Virus record (IMG/VR): IMGVR_UViG_3300037493_004064
Span: 23,737 to 87,736 of that record
Direction: 5' to 3' (one strand)
Length of the DNA stretch: 64,000 nucleotides
Origin: a virus
In this document: positions 21,301-29,935 of the stretch, one piece after another
How positions within the stretch are numbered: position 1 is the stretch's first letter
Layout of the letters: each line of letters starts with the position of its first letter
The notes under the pieces: model-generated
Databases searched by the model: none
Told to the model about the DNA's origin: nothing
The model's input: the letters and a program-made list of their open reading frames with translations, nothing else
Program-made: the position numbers and the translations under genes

Positions 21301-24300
21301 AGGGTAAGTTACTCGGTGCCATCAGAGAAAATATTGATGTCGTTTCAAATGTTGACCCTGCTGGATATTCACGTGGTGGATTGGTGTGGGGTTCAGACAA
21401 AGTTGGACAACTTTGGTTTGACACCACGAATACTCGCTTTGTGAACTATCACCAAGATGATGTAGTTTACGACAGTAGATATTGGGGAACATTGTTCCCT
21501 GGTAGCAATGTATCCATCTATAGCTGGGTTGTAAGTAATTATCTACCAAGTCAATATCCGGGACCTGGTGCGCCGTATGACATCAACTCATACACCACAG
21601 AACAGATTCTAAATCCTGCAGGCGTATTAGTGCCGCAATACTTCTATTGGGTGCGTAACACAAATGTGGTGTTCACCGCAATTGGAAAAACTCTTTCTGA
21701 TACCGTGCTTGAGTCATACATTACCTACCCACAGAACACCGGTATAAGTTACTTTGCTCCTGTGCGTCAGAATGTGTTTGCCATGTATAACTCCAGTGAG
21801 AATATAAACGCCAATGATTCGGTACTTCACATTGGGTATCTAACAGGAAGCAATGATGATGTATCACATTCATTATTCAACCTGATCAGAACTGATTATG
21901 CCGATGACTTCTTGCCAGGACTACCGAATACATCATCTATTGCTATACCAGAATCTTTGTATAATAAGATGCTTGATAGCATGTGTGGTGTTGATGATGC
22001 AGGCTCAGTAGTTCCTGATCCGTATCTGCCTTTGATGGTTCAAACCGGTATTCAATCGCGTCCTCGTCAAAGTTTCTTCTTCAACCGATTCGGTGCTTTG
22101 AAAAACTATCTGACGTATGCAAATGAAGTACTGGCACAGTATCCTATTGCTGAATCTCGCCCGGCATTCTTCCTTAAGACAGTCGGAGATGTGAACCCGT
22201 CTACTCTTAGCAATCCTGCATGGATTGGCGCTTCAGAGATATTCTTTGATACCATGAAATATTGGGAGTTCATCAACTGGTGGGCACCTGGGTATGATGA
22301 CAACACCAAGGCGGCAATCCAGGTTCCTGTGTATGCTGATTTATTTGCTATAAACGCAGCAGTCGGACTAATCGTATCTGTCCAGACTAATGGTGTTGGC
22401 AAGTCCGAGACATATGTGTATACTTCCCTTGGAACATGGGAAAGAATAGGTCTGCAAAGCGGGACGATTGCCTTCAAGGCTGCACTTTGGGATTATGAAA
22501 CATACCGTCTTGGTTTTGGAGATAACTTCTTTGATACTTCGGTGTTTGATCTTTACCCGTCAGAGGAAACCCGTCAAATTATTCGTGCGCTGAATGAAGA
22601 AATATATTCTAATGAATTGCTCATTCACCGTAATAAGAGCCTGGTCCTGTTGTTTGAGTATATTCAGAGTGAGACCGGTGAAACTCAAAACTATCTTCCA
22701 TGGTTGAACAAGACATCCTTAATTGATGTTGACCATACGATTCGTGAACTGCTTCCTATATCCGTTTTCCAATCAGATAATCAAGAATTCCTCACTGGGT
22801 ATCTCAATGAGACTAAACCATATCACGTGGTAATCAAGGAATTTGTGTTCAAGTACACTGGATCAGAAGTTTACGGTGGAAACATCTCCGACTTTGATAT
22901 CCCTGCTCAATGGACACCGTCTTTAAACCAGTTCATCTCTCCTGAATTAGTTTACTCAAACGCCAGTGGTGAAAGTGAGTATGTTCTCGGCGATCCAATC
23001 TGGCAAACGCAACCATATGCTGCCTGGTATCAAAACCGTGGCGTAAGTCTGACTGGTATTGACAATTATCAGATAACTTTCACCACTTCATATATTGCAT
23101 TGAATTCAACCTCATTCGCAGTCAACAATCCATTTGGTTTCCCAGTATCTGGTGTTGTCAGAATTGGTACAGAGTTGATTGGCTACTCAAACGTGAACAA
23201 GTCACTGAGTACCCTTAATGGTCTGACACGCGGCGCAAACGGTACTGACATTTCTACACATCTTCCGGATGAGCAGGTATACATTGATCTACCGGCGGTG
23301 TTGTTGCTTGATGCTGGAAGAGCGTATGGTAACCCACCAAGAATTACAGCAGTCATAGACACTACTCTTTATCCACCGCCTATTCGTGAGGCAGTATTAG
23401 TTCCGGTGATGAGCCTTGATACTATTCAGAGTGTCACTGTGGTTGATCCTGGTGAGGGATATATGGTTCTGCCTGATATCGTCATTGAACCATCTATTGT
23501 AGTTACATTTGCATCAACAAGTGTGAATACTCTGACAAGCACCATTGAACTTTCAATGCCATTGCTTGTCACTGGTGATCTAATCAAGTTCAACGCAGTA
23601 GTTGGCACCACGGTACCAGGTGGAATTGATGATAATCAATACTACTACGTTGGTGTATTACAAACAGTGCCAACTTTCATTGTGGCACTATACACAAACT
23701 ATTCAAACTCTCTCACTGATACCGACAGAGTATCCATTTACTCTACTGGCGCCGGTGATAGTTATCTTAATGTTACTGCCCGGGCATCATGTGTTTCTAC
23801 TGCTTCTCCGATAAGAGAAAATCAGATATCCATCAAGTTTGACCGTACGAGTTATGGGTCAAAGGTCGTAGACTGGAAAGAGTCAGCATTCTATGGGTCA
23901 TTCTTCGCAGGCGACTATGGTAGCGGACCGATACTGGCAAGTTCATCCCTGTTACTTGACAGTGAGTTCCCGGTCATTGATTCGGTATTGGCCAGTGCCA
24001 CTGGCGCTGCATTTGAGTTAGAATCCTTTCGCGGAACAGACACGCTGACATGGTCAGGCCGAACCAGAAACGTAATATCTACCTCCGCTACTGGAAACAC
24101 AGTAACTATTATCCCATCTGATGGCGGTGCAGAGGTGACGCCATTATTTGGACCAACCCTCGGGTTCTACGTTGGTATGCCAGTCCGTTTTGACGGGGCA
24201 GTTGGAACCTCGGGACTTGTGAACGAAACTATTTACTATGTAGATTCCATTATCAACGACACTGACTTCACTCTTGTAGATGGCAATGGTGTTCCAGTGG

Positions 24301-27300
24301 TGCTATCTGACTTGACAATAAGCGTGGCTGGATTGCTATGCTATATTGGCCAAGTTGTATACAGAACGTTCGTGACCATTGATTATCCTGGTATTTCAAC
24401 GGTAACTAACTCTGCTGCCATCACCAACTATCTTACAATCCCGATGACTCCGAGTGGTAACGCCGGAACCACTGGGTTCTATCCAGGACTACCGATCTTC
24501 TTTGTCGGAACAATGATAGGTGGCATCATTGAAAATGAGCCATACTATATTACAACGGTTGTTGATAATCAGACCATCACCGTCTCAAAGAGTGCTGCGC
24601 CAACAATACTTAACATTACCTCAGTTAACTCCGGTACAAGTCAGGTTACTGGTGACGGCACATGGGCACTGACAGTCGGTGATCCAGTCATCTTCAATGA
24701 TATGGTTTCATTCGGTGTTCCTGCGAATGTGTTCGGGAATATCGTTTCGGGTGTCACCTATTATATTCATTCCATTGATGATTACAATCTTTTCACCTTA
24801 ATGACCGTTCCTTACGGAGCAGTATTTGACCCGGGTAATGACACAGGATCATGTCACATGACTAATCAGAGAGATGTCGTTCAACTCACCACTGACAGTG
24901 GAGCCATGACAATTAATGTTGGTCTGCCGATTAGCCCAGGACAAGTCAACGGCCAGTTGGTCTCATTCTACCCAACATCAGCACAAAAACCAGGTCTGTC
25001 TCCATCATCAATAGGTAATCTGGTGACGAGTATTGTTCGTGCTGCTGTTTACCAGGATACTGACGGTAATGATGTAAATCAACTGTCTATCTGGGCTGAC
25101 AGCAGATGGTTATCAGACACGTATATCAATATGCCGGTGAGTTTATTGGATACTTACGGTGGATTGACAGCCGGTGTCACTTATTACGTTTCAGAGATTG
25201 GCACTGTAAACACAATAGTTACCGCAACTGGCCCAACTGGCTTCACCTGCAATAGTACCGCTGGGTTCTATGATGGGATGCCAGTCACCTTTAGCGGATC
25301 ATCATTGGGTGGCACTCAGTTAAATATTACCTATTACGTTGATACCACCATACCTCTTACTCAGACTACGTTCAACGTACTTGGGTTCACCCCGTCCGTT
25401 GCATCTGGACTGACAACTATGACGGCCACAGGAGAAGCATACATTAAGGTAACAGATTTAATCGGCAACCCTGTGCTGACTCTATCGGATGATACGGCGC
25501 AGACGACTGTTACGCAAGTTGCTGACCCAGCATCCGCAGCACGATTCGACGTAAGCTGGATTCGCGGTGGATATCGCACAATGATAACCAATGGTGGAAC
25601 AGGATTCGCTGTCGGCAATACCCTAACAATACCTGGCACTGACTTAGACGGCGTATCTCCTGATAATGATCTGGTGCTCACAGTAAATAACATAAGCGTC
25701 ATAGTAAATGCTACTGCGTCTACTGCTACTGGAAACATAATAACATGTAACACTACTACTGGGTTGGCCAATAATGATCCAGTGGTATTCAGCGGAACAT
25801 CATTCGGTACAATTGTACCAGGACAAATATACTACGTCACCGTAGTAAATGGAGTTTCTATAACCATATCAGAAACATATGGCGGGCTAACCCTTCCGTT
25901 GACAGATGATACAGGATATATGACTGTGACTGACACCGGTGTTGGTGAGTTGTACATGGCTGCTGCATCAGGAACACCAGACGAAATCGTCACCCAATAC
26001 TACTTAAAGGTAGTGGCAGCAACTGAGTGCGAAATTTTCACTGACCCATTGATGACACAACCAGTGAACGTGGCATCTTTCATATACAAGGGCATTACAT
26101 CTGCTACGTTAGTTAGCACTACGGCGCCATTTACCTTGTCCTTCACTGATCTTAGTGGATTCAGCGACAATGATCCGATCTTGTTTACAGGAGATGTATT
26201 CGGTGGAATAGAAGTCGGAAAAGTTTATTACATATACAACATAAACCATGGTCTGAACACCCTAAATATACTTACATCTATCAACACCCCTGGTTCAATA
26301 GTTGCGGTATCAGATGATATCGGCTCATGCACCATGGCTAAGGTAGGTGACTACATTGTTCTCCCTGAACCGTTCTACTTTGATCAGAGCATTGTCAGAT
26401 ATAATCATCAACTTTATCAATGTATCATCAGCAATAATGACCCGACGTTTGTCTTTGGTAAGTGGGAACTTCTACTGAGTGAGAACATAAAGATCAACGC
26501 CTTGGATCGTATATTTGGTTACTATCAGCCAACGGTGAATATGCCAGGGCTTGACTTCACACAACTGGTCAACGGTGTCACGTATCCTAACGGCACATAC
26601 TATGGTAATGCGTTTGATCCTAATGATGAATTTACTCTGGATACGATCCTGCAGGACCAACCGTTCACCACGTTGGGATCCGCTGAGTATGTTATTCAAG
26701 GCGACACGTTCACATCTGGTTATGGACCGGAAGAACTTGTTCCTGGGGTAATCAGTGATAACCTGTCTATGGTTGTGACTACACGACCAGGAACAAGTTG
26801 GTCTGCACAACAATATGCACATGTAGGGTACAACGTTGTATCCAATGAACTGGTTCCGACTACAGCATTGCAAACTTCATATAGTTTTGTTAATGTTGTT
26901 CAGGTTCCTGCTCAGGTTTCGCTTGCCATCATCAATCGTGCCACCGGTCTTGCAACCTCGCTCTACTCCATGGATTACTCAGTAGACTGGATCAATAAGA
27001 TCGTCGTGCTGAACACTCCATTGACGTATGGTGCAGAAAGTCTACGTCTTGATGTGTATGAAGTGGGCAACGGTGATCAACTTGAAAAGTCAAACACCCA
27101 GATTGATCCACTAATGATTAACACTCTAACTGGCTTCAATGAAGTTGTGCTGAACTGTAACTATTCTGCACCTATAGCCGCTGGGTCCGGAGTAATCATG
27201 CCGGGGTCAGATCCAATTCAAGTGTTGGCAACTGCGACTGATGCAAGCCCGGACAACACCATTACATGTACTGGCATTGAGAAGTTTATTCTAAACGGGC

Positions 27301-29792
27301 CTGTGACTTTCCAAGGCGCTGTGTTCGGGGGAGTTGCTGAGGATACCACGTATTATGTGAAGACCATTAGTTTGGTCACACACAAGATTACGATATCCGC
27401 TTCTCAAGTATCGGGCATAGCAGGATCAACATTTGTTCTGACTGCTGACATAGGAAGCATGAGCGTCATCATCCAAATAGGAGAAGGCACTCCATGGACG
27501 ACACCTATTGTCCATTGCAACGGAACACCATTGTTATTCGGCTCCTACAGCACAGTTACACAGACTAAGGCATCAAACAATGCCGTGACATGTAATACCA
27601 CCGCGGGTATGGTGGCTGGTTGCTCTGTGGTATTTGATGATAGTATATTCGGTGGTGTGATTGACCCACATACTGTTTATGCCGTGCTTAGTATATTTGA
27701 TGCCAATGAGTTCACTCTTGAGGATCCGCTTAACCCTGGCTTTGAATTGCCATTAACAAATGCATGGGGTGGTGCTCTGGTCATTGTGAATGATTACGCC
27801 TTCGGCATTGCCGACAATGGAATATCAGCCAAGATAATCTTTGCTGCTCCGTACGATCAAACAGATTATCTGACATACACTGTATTCGGTGAAACGACTC
27901 CGGCTCAGTATGGGTACACTCTACCAGATACTCAAACTTTCTATGGTGATAACGTGTCATTGGTATTCCCGATAAGCGGATACGTTGATGGGGATAACCC
28001 AACGAATGCCATAGTTGAAATGAACGGACTCCGATTGGAAAGTGGATATACCATTGATCCTGCACTTAATACAATCACGTTCTCGGGGGCACCGGCTGAT
28101 ACCGATCTGATTGCCATAACTACTTACAATCTGACTGATCGCCAGTATCTATATACTGACTATGGTATCGTTAGTAAGATTGTTGCAGGGCTTACCAATG
28201 TCAGCAATACTATTGCGCTGCCGATGGCCAGAACTAATGTAATCTCAACTGCCGTCGGTACCAATTTGATAACATGTGATAGCACCGCCGGATTCATTGC
28301 TGACCAAACAGTTATCTTCCAGGTGGTTGCTGGTGGACCGACTATAGGTAACATTGATGTCACTGGGACTGTTTATTACGTGAAGAACGTTGCATCCATT
28401 AACACGTTCACCATATCTGACACCTTGGGTGGTGCTGTGTTTGCATTATCAAATAGCGCAACACCAATGGTTGCCACAGTCGGCGGAACTCCTGCAGTAA
28501 GAATCACCACTGGTATCCCACACGGCTTTGCTGATAACGACAGTGTTATGATAGACGGTACCATTGGATCACTTCAACTGAATAACAATGTATTCTATGC
28601 CAAGAAAATTACTGATGTGTCGTTTGATCTGTATTCTGACTGGTATTACCCTGAGTTCGGCGCAACAAATTACCCGGTAACCGACGTTAACACATGGAGC
28701 GGCGGTGGATACACATGGCTCAACGAAACTTTCACCATGATAAACACACTCGTTACTAACACTTACTCCAGTGGTCTCATCAAGTGCAACAGTGTTGATG
28801 GATTGGTTGTTGACACCCCTATTGTATTCACTGGCAACACCATTGGTACAATAGAAGCCGGAGTAACTTACTACATTCTAGTGATCAGTACTGGAACATC
28901 TGAAATCACAATTTCTGAGACATACCAGGGTGCTGAGTTTGCCCCAACAACAGATTCTGGAAGCATGGGTCTTACGCAATGGGAACAGACGAATGTGGAT
29001 CGTCTATGGGTAACTGTGAATGGATATAGAGTATCGTCGTCCTCGCTCCGTATCAATCCTGCAAACAACCTAAGCATATTGACAGAGATTAACCCGTTAG
29101 ATACAGTGACCATCACCAGAATGATGCCAAGTGCAACACCAAGTGAACTTGTGTATATTCAGAATGTCACCAAGTCTGGTGTCGGGTCAGCATTTAGGGC
29201 AGGACCCGAGACACGGACCTGGTTAGTTGAACCACTTGCATTCACCAATGAAGTCATTTACGTAGATGATCTATCTAAGATCACCAACACCATTGTGCAA
29301 AATGTCACGGCACCTGCCATTGGTTTAGATGGTAATAGGGCTATTGGTTTACTTGCAGACAAGCGCATCATTTCCCAGGTCATCGTGTACAATAATACAA
29401 CCAGTGCAGCACTGGATCCGACAAGTTACTTCGTGGGAACTGTAGATACTGCCCCAGTCGTTAATATTACTGCTGAGGTGTCTACCGGCGACTCATTAAC
29501 CATCACAACGATTGAGGGAAATCTGATTTATGTGTTCGGTGAGCAAATCAGGTTCACCATAGTAGATTTCGGCGCAAATTCTATCAGCGGACTTCAAAGA
29601 GGCACCAATGGCACCGGTGTTCGCACCCTGATTCCTAAGTATACAGAAGTTTACGGTGTGCTTTCTGAGAATAGAATGGCAACTCCTATATACGACAGTG
29701 CATGGAACTTCGTATCCGGTGAGCCGGCGTTACCACTGCAAATCAGCGATACAACCGGAGCCGTTTTCCTAAGAACGAGTAATAACCAATGA
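12360..29792 (+). CDS. giant (5810 aa) baseplate wedge/structural protein, gp7-like position, with repeated beta domains
   Basis: Uninterrupted ORF after gp6; N-terminal LP.IFRT..N..FL; KPYHVVIKEF motif; FG-GAP-like propeller motifs; about 14 copies of G....P(V/I).F.G...G......YY(V/I). Confidence 0.75.
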   Translation: MAPRIRTLNFLPDIFRTPTNSQFLRATLDQVVDQPNIQRVEGYIGSKLGYGINAKDKYVTEPTKVRTDYQLAPGVTFLKNNTSTAQDFISYPGIIDAIKVEGGLTNDNSRLFTGEFYSWDSFTNLDKIINFNQYYWLPTGPQAVIIDAATVYSATDYIVDSVVNGYNIYSGTGSHGATNPTLTLLRGGTYTFAVNQNSQFWIQGEPGITGFSHTQPNMQTRDVYGVSNNGAETGVVTFTVPSKTAQDYYNFPGNNLVDVVSTLGFGQVNGRRLSEIGGSIDGITSLDGLTLMFYNGLSDEIANFGAYDVQEFDQNNIWMNVSFDDDGMIYQPVSSWFFQIHFLSNPENPSDPIIQLVPVSSIPTDEKITATYGTQWVNRNFFRDTYGYIELIPYISAPLNTLYYQDGTTGNKVGVIKLIESNTTNTLNILDIIGKKTYTSPSGVVFTNGLKVMFQGAIYPTSYKNNEYYVEGVGTAIELILVNDLVVPELFSAGSYIPYDSTAYDIGNFDSQLYVPVDQDYITISRNAINKNAWSRSNRWFHIDVINATAVYNNDPALANVATHENKAKRPIIEFYPNLAMFDAGTFGKNPIDFFDFRTTDALTYVSGQQQYYPDVEVYTDYTGVIAAVTGTSTTITLDNSAIHGTLVIGQYVADSESVLPENTQISLVEVLGPTTTITLEWETSTTVLTTSGVSLIATTTTVDNYALFDGARVVFAADTNLTVRNKIFVANFSTVSGTTPVITLTEAEDGAVIASEQTVAYRGYNYAGETFFFNGLSWEYGQQKISVNQPPLFDVFDGNDLSFSDQTIYLGSSFKGSKLFSYRLGSGLNDSVLGFPVRYSSVDNIGDISFDVSINLDSFSYVAGTTPETKKVNTGYVFNYSSPSAHVRQLGWHTAIAPSVQYQAFEFAYSAQTPTTTYICDIPMTAQTANSWPSIQVYLNNVFQVDSAYSVVVTDVTTVTFVNPEPLIDNVIQILLLSDQVSANAYYTLPINLSNNPLNADVTVVNIGDIRGQYQSIFYNAPGLTGLVFGSNNYRDSGDLVPYGSSIIQNSASLVLPGTFLRKQNHNLFHALMFNSREYITYKTLLVDTINNTEYSVFQSAAAMLDDAFDQITAVKSGTDTFFWSDMLPAKASYISNTYLFANSLDVSIYPLSRIYDFTKANYYGVLVYLKRTIGGFLQTIQLIKGTDYSVSTDTPSLTITLDLAPGDEIVIKEYTQTYGSYVPNTPTKLGLYPATIPTVYLDTSYTTPTYFIVGHDGSYNKLYGDYDENTGRLIDFRDQVLLEFEKRIYNNLKLSNVIPIQEYEVLPGFFRDTGYSYSEILQIYSESFLNWVGQNRIDYKTQHYMANDEFTYNYRNSGNKINNAPIEQGFWRGAYEYFYDTSSPELTPWEMLGFTSQPSWWETRYGPMPYTSDNLVLWGDLAQGINWNNGDPVVIPQAVRPELLQVLPVDTAGNLVSPFVSLVGNYTNQTFIHDWAVGDVGPAEFSYRRSSSWPFDLMRILALTKPAAFFNLAVDVDNYKYNAEFDQYLVNDRSHLVISDVEIYGSGTPKTSYINWVVDYEKQLGIDATQQITDLLSNLDVRLVYRVAGFSDKNMLKFYVEKGTPNSNNSSLLIPDESYAVLLYDNQPFNRVVYSSVAIQIIPRGGYKIFGNSQTNAYFSVIKPKINGNYEQVQIDNLSVQVANDYYDTEMVIPYGTEFYSVQEVAQFLASYGRYLQSQGMVFDKIENGLEITWVQMVSEFLYWAQTGWEAGSIINVNPAAKLLTINKDSNIVQPLTLQQQNFVLNQNLYPIQSIDLAVVRDGTLFSAEPLNEGDTISYGTFNISNIEHGIVFDNVTVFNDVIYNLTTGLRQDRIIVRGSKTADWTGVIDAQGFILNQDNIADWSNTTKYTTGSIVKYKNKYWIAIEIVQAQEKFDETQWKRTDYNEIQKGLLPNSSTRSYESTLYYNINVANLEKDADLLSFSLIGFRPRDYLAVADLTDITQINVYRNMIKNKGTRNAVNAFKGATLSQGGIDYNIYENWAIKSAEYGGTLNSNFIELRLNEGDLTGNPSIVGLTRGTPTVGVQQEVQTYSLFNYGRAITSPDVLPLLDSNTPSTLYPDAGYANFNDVKMSSYFYSGMSTAVDSSGVIVPLNELYVRDYVWIANQLGTWQTYTPVSLGQITNAANNRNGTVTITFNQLHGLTKYQSLAITNFNADVDGYYIATTIVDPFRITINLMLNPTIANISGIGIGFRFQSQRVDQPSDIINLPLLDSEFTKNTVWVDTNTDGEWAVYRKGINYTHAPEITKDGSLSFGSAVAYTDALGYLIGDADAGVAYRYIYNALSKDYVLNQTITNGVSFGSTISHADNIFVVSQPTGTFYTDRKVYVYELVTTILTNELQLIQTIVAPSDGITSWASATTISGDKNWLYVSDIANNIVYVYQWSPVTSQYEYATIINGWDYIVTGADDHFSYSLSTDYYGDTLVVGAPDQNYGPLENWGYSYVFVRGTQNWEATYTSLSAQQQLFTSAWTISPGTSTNVVSTSAITNYLTTFVGDEPLDPGQVGDPVIFSGSLFGNLSPNVVYYIQSVVGDHTFTISTSRGGAVMPLLTGSGSMTCNFQTPLYVSVNGTLVDDSNYAAIGTSLVYVGGLSAGDIVNVGSSDFILEQTLTTETTPRIGVKFGNSNDTTRYASEIIVGAPFELDTQQIEGAVFRFTNAGCKYGMIIGTEDCIIASPVTILLNGYAVTLPVGDATTAAAAINGAGITNIQAAAASNKLIIQLINQSLAIPNNKLTLTANDSGVLPQTGIQVYTQTQLIMAPHTEKTCQFGSTVKFNEFGSFVASAPSGTRYEATTFDFTDDENDNDTVFDNNTTQWVDTFANAGAVYMFDYLGNYDESLSNIGNFVYAQSVNDTNVEYGAQPMYGHALAFNNNVVIVGTPGFNPGFVNGQVTKYTTTLGTDWSVHRQSGPIVDVDRIQDIQLFSALTNTTLDNLDFMDPLQGKLLGAIRENIDVVSNVDPAGYSRGGLVWGSDKVGQLWFDTTNTRFVNYHQDDVVYDSRYWGTLFPGSNVSIYSWVVSNYLPSQYPGPGAPYDINSYTTEQILNPAGVLVPQYFYWVRNTNVVFTAIGKTLSDTVLESYITYPQNTGISYFAPVRQNVFAMYNSSENINANDSVLHIGYLTGSNDDVSHSLFNLIRTDYADDFLPGLPNTSSIAIPESLYNKMLDSMCGVDDAGSVVPDPYLPLMVQTGIQSRPRQSFFFNRFGALKNYLTYANEVLAQYPIAESRPAFFLKTVGDVNPSTLSNPAWIGASEIFFDTMKYWEFINWWAPGYDDNTKAAIQVPVYADLFAINAAVGLIVSVQTNGVGKSETYVYTSLGTWERIGLQSGTIAFKAALWDYETYRLGFGDNFFDTSVFDLYPSEETRQIIRALNEEIYSNELLIHRNKSLVLLFEYIQSETGETQNYLPWLNKTSLIDVDHTIRELLPISVFQSDNQEFLTGYLNETKPYHVVIKEFVFKYTGSEVYGGNISDFDIPAQWTPSLNQFISPELVYSNASGESEYVLGDPIWQTQPYAAWYQNRGVSLTGIDNYQITFTTSYIALNSTSFAVNNPFGFPVSGVVRIGTELIGYSNVNKSLSTLNGLTRGANGTDISTHLPDEQVYIDLPAVLLLDAGRAYGNPPRITAVIDTTLYPPPIREAVLVPVMSLDTIQSVTVVDPGEGYMVLPDIVIEPSIVVTFASTSVNTLTSTIELSMPLLVTGDLIKFNAVVGTTVPGGIDDNQYYYVGVLQTVPTFIVALYTNYSNSLTDTDRVSIYSTGAGDSYLNVTARASCVSTASPIRENQISIKFDRTSYGSKVVDWKESAFYGSFFAGDYGSGPILASSSLLLDSEFPVIDSVLASATGAAFELESFRGTDTLTWSGRTRNVISTSATGNTVTIIPSDGGAEVTPLFGPTLGFYVGMPVRFDGAVGTSGLVNETIYYVDSIINDTDFTLVDGNGVPVVLSDLTISVAGLLCYIGQVVYRTFVTIDYPGISTVTNSAAITNYLTIPMTPSGNAGTTGFYPGLPIFFVGTMIGGIIENEPYYITTVVDNQTITVSKSAAPTILNITSVNSGTSQVTGDGTWALTVGDPVIFNDMVSFGVPANVFGNIVSGVTYYIHSIDDYNLFTLMTVPYGAVFDPGNDTGSCHMTNQRDVVQLTTDSGAMTINVGLPISPGQVNGQLVSFYPTSAQKPGLSPSSIGNLVTSIVRAAVYQDTDGNDVNQLSIWADSRWLSDTYINMPVSLLDTYGGLTAGVTYYVSEIGTVNTIVTATGPTGFTCNSTAGFYDGMPVTFSGSSLGGTQLNITYYVDTTIPLTQTTFNVLGFTPSVASGLTTMTATGEAYIKVTDLIGNPVLTLSDDTAQTTVTQVADPASAARFDVSWIRGGYRTMITNGGTGFAVGNTLTIPGTDLDGVSPDNDLVLTVNNISVIVNATASTATGNIITCNTTTGLANNDPVVFSGTSFGTIVPGQIYYVTVVNGVSITISETYGGLTLPLTDDTGYMTVTDTGVGELYMAAASGTPDEIVTQYYLKVVAATECEIFTDPLMTQPVNVASFIYKGITSATLVSTTAPFTLSFTDLSGFSDNDPILFTGDVFGGIEVGKVYYIYNINHGLNTLNILTSINTPGSIVAVSDDIGSCTMAKVGDYIVLPEPFYFDQSIVRYNHQLYQCIISNNDPTFVFGKWELLLSENIKINALDRIFGYYQPTVNMPGLDFTQLVNGVTYPNGTYYGNAFDPNDEFTLDTILQDQPFTTLGSAEYVIQGDTFTSGYGPEELVPGVISDNLSMVVTTRPGTSWSAQQYAHVGYNVVSNELVPTTALQTSYSFVNVVQVPAQVSLAIINRATGLATSLYSMDYSVDWINKIVVLNTPLTYGAESLRLDVYEVGNGDQLEKSNTQIDPLMINTLTGFNEVVLNCNYSAPIAAGSGVIMPGSDPIQVLATATDASPDNTITCTGIEKFILNGPVTFQGAVFGGVAEDTTYYVKTISLVTHKITISASQVSGIAGSTFVLTADIGSMSVIIQIGEGTPWTTPIVHCNGTPLLFGSYSTVTQTKASNNAVTCNTTAGMVAGCSVVFDDSIFGGVIDPHTVYAVLSIFDANEFTLEDPLNPGFELPLTNAWGGALVIVNDYAFGIADNGISAKIIFAAPYDQTDYLTYTVFGETTPAQYGYTLPDTQTFYGDNVSLVFPISGYVDGDNPTNAIVEMNGLRLESGYTIDPALNTITFSGAPADTDLIAITTYNLTDRQYLYTDYGIVSKIVAGLTNVSNTIALPMARTNVISTAVGTNLITCDSTAGFIADQTVIFQVVAGGPTIGNIDVTGTVYYVKNVASINTFTISDTLGGAVFALSNSATPMVATVGGTPAVRITTGIPHGFADNDSVMIDGTIGSLQLNNNVFYAKKITDVSFDLYSDWYYPEFGATNYPVTDVNTWSGGGYTWLNETFTMINTLVTNTYSSGLIKCNSVDGLVVDTPIVFTGNTIGTIEAGVTYYILVISTGTSEITISETYQGAEFAPTTDSGSMGLTQWEQTNVDRLWVTVNGYRVSSSSLRINPANNLSILTEINPLDTVTITRMMPSATPSELVYIQNVTKSGVGSAFRAGPETRTWLVEPLAFTNEVIYVDDLSKITNTIVQNVTAPAIGLDGNRAIGLLADKRIISQVIVYNNTTSAALDPTSYFVGTVDTAPVVNITAEVSTGDSLTITTIEGNLIYVFGEQIRFTIVDFGANSISGLQRGTNGTGVRTLIPKYTEVYGVLSENRMATPIYDSAWNFVSGEPALPLQISDTTGAVFLRTSNNQ

Positions 29793-29798
29793 TAAATA
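29791..29798 (+). promoter_or_regulatory. late promoter (GATAAATA), 5 nt before ATG 29804
   Basis: GATAAATA-AAGAT-ATG. Confidence 0.7.
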
Positions 29799-29803
29799 AA
29801 GAT

Positions 29804-29935
29804 ATGAACACGGATGAGCCTAAAGAGCAGCCAGAAGTGACCCCGGATGAATACGGCGGGTTTTACTTTTCGTCTTTTCTGAAGATAACTGATCCTGAAA
29901 CCAAAGAAATTTTAGTACAAACACGGGGCGATTAA
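29804..29935 (+). CDS. small 43-aa putative virion protein (below ORF-track cutoff)
   Basis: MNTDEPKEQPEVTPDEYGGFYFSSFLKITDPETKEILVQTRGD*; late promoter upstream and TAATG overlap with the next gene. Confidence 0.75.
   Translation: MNTDEPKEQPEVTPDEYGGFYFSSFLKITDPETKEILVQTRGD

Noticed and set aside
12360-29792. Intein, intron or stop-codon recoding explaining the giant ORF
   Set aside because: I saw no intein splice or LAGLIDADG motifs. Genes are full length in the standard code, and TAA, TGA and TAG all serve as stops at coupled junctions.
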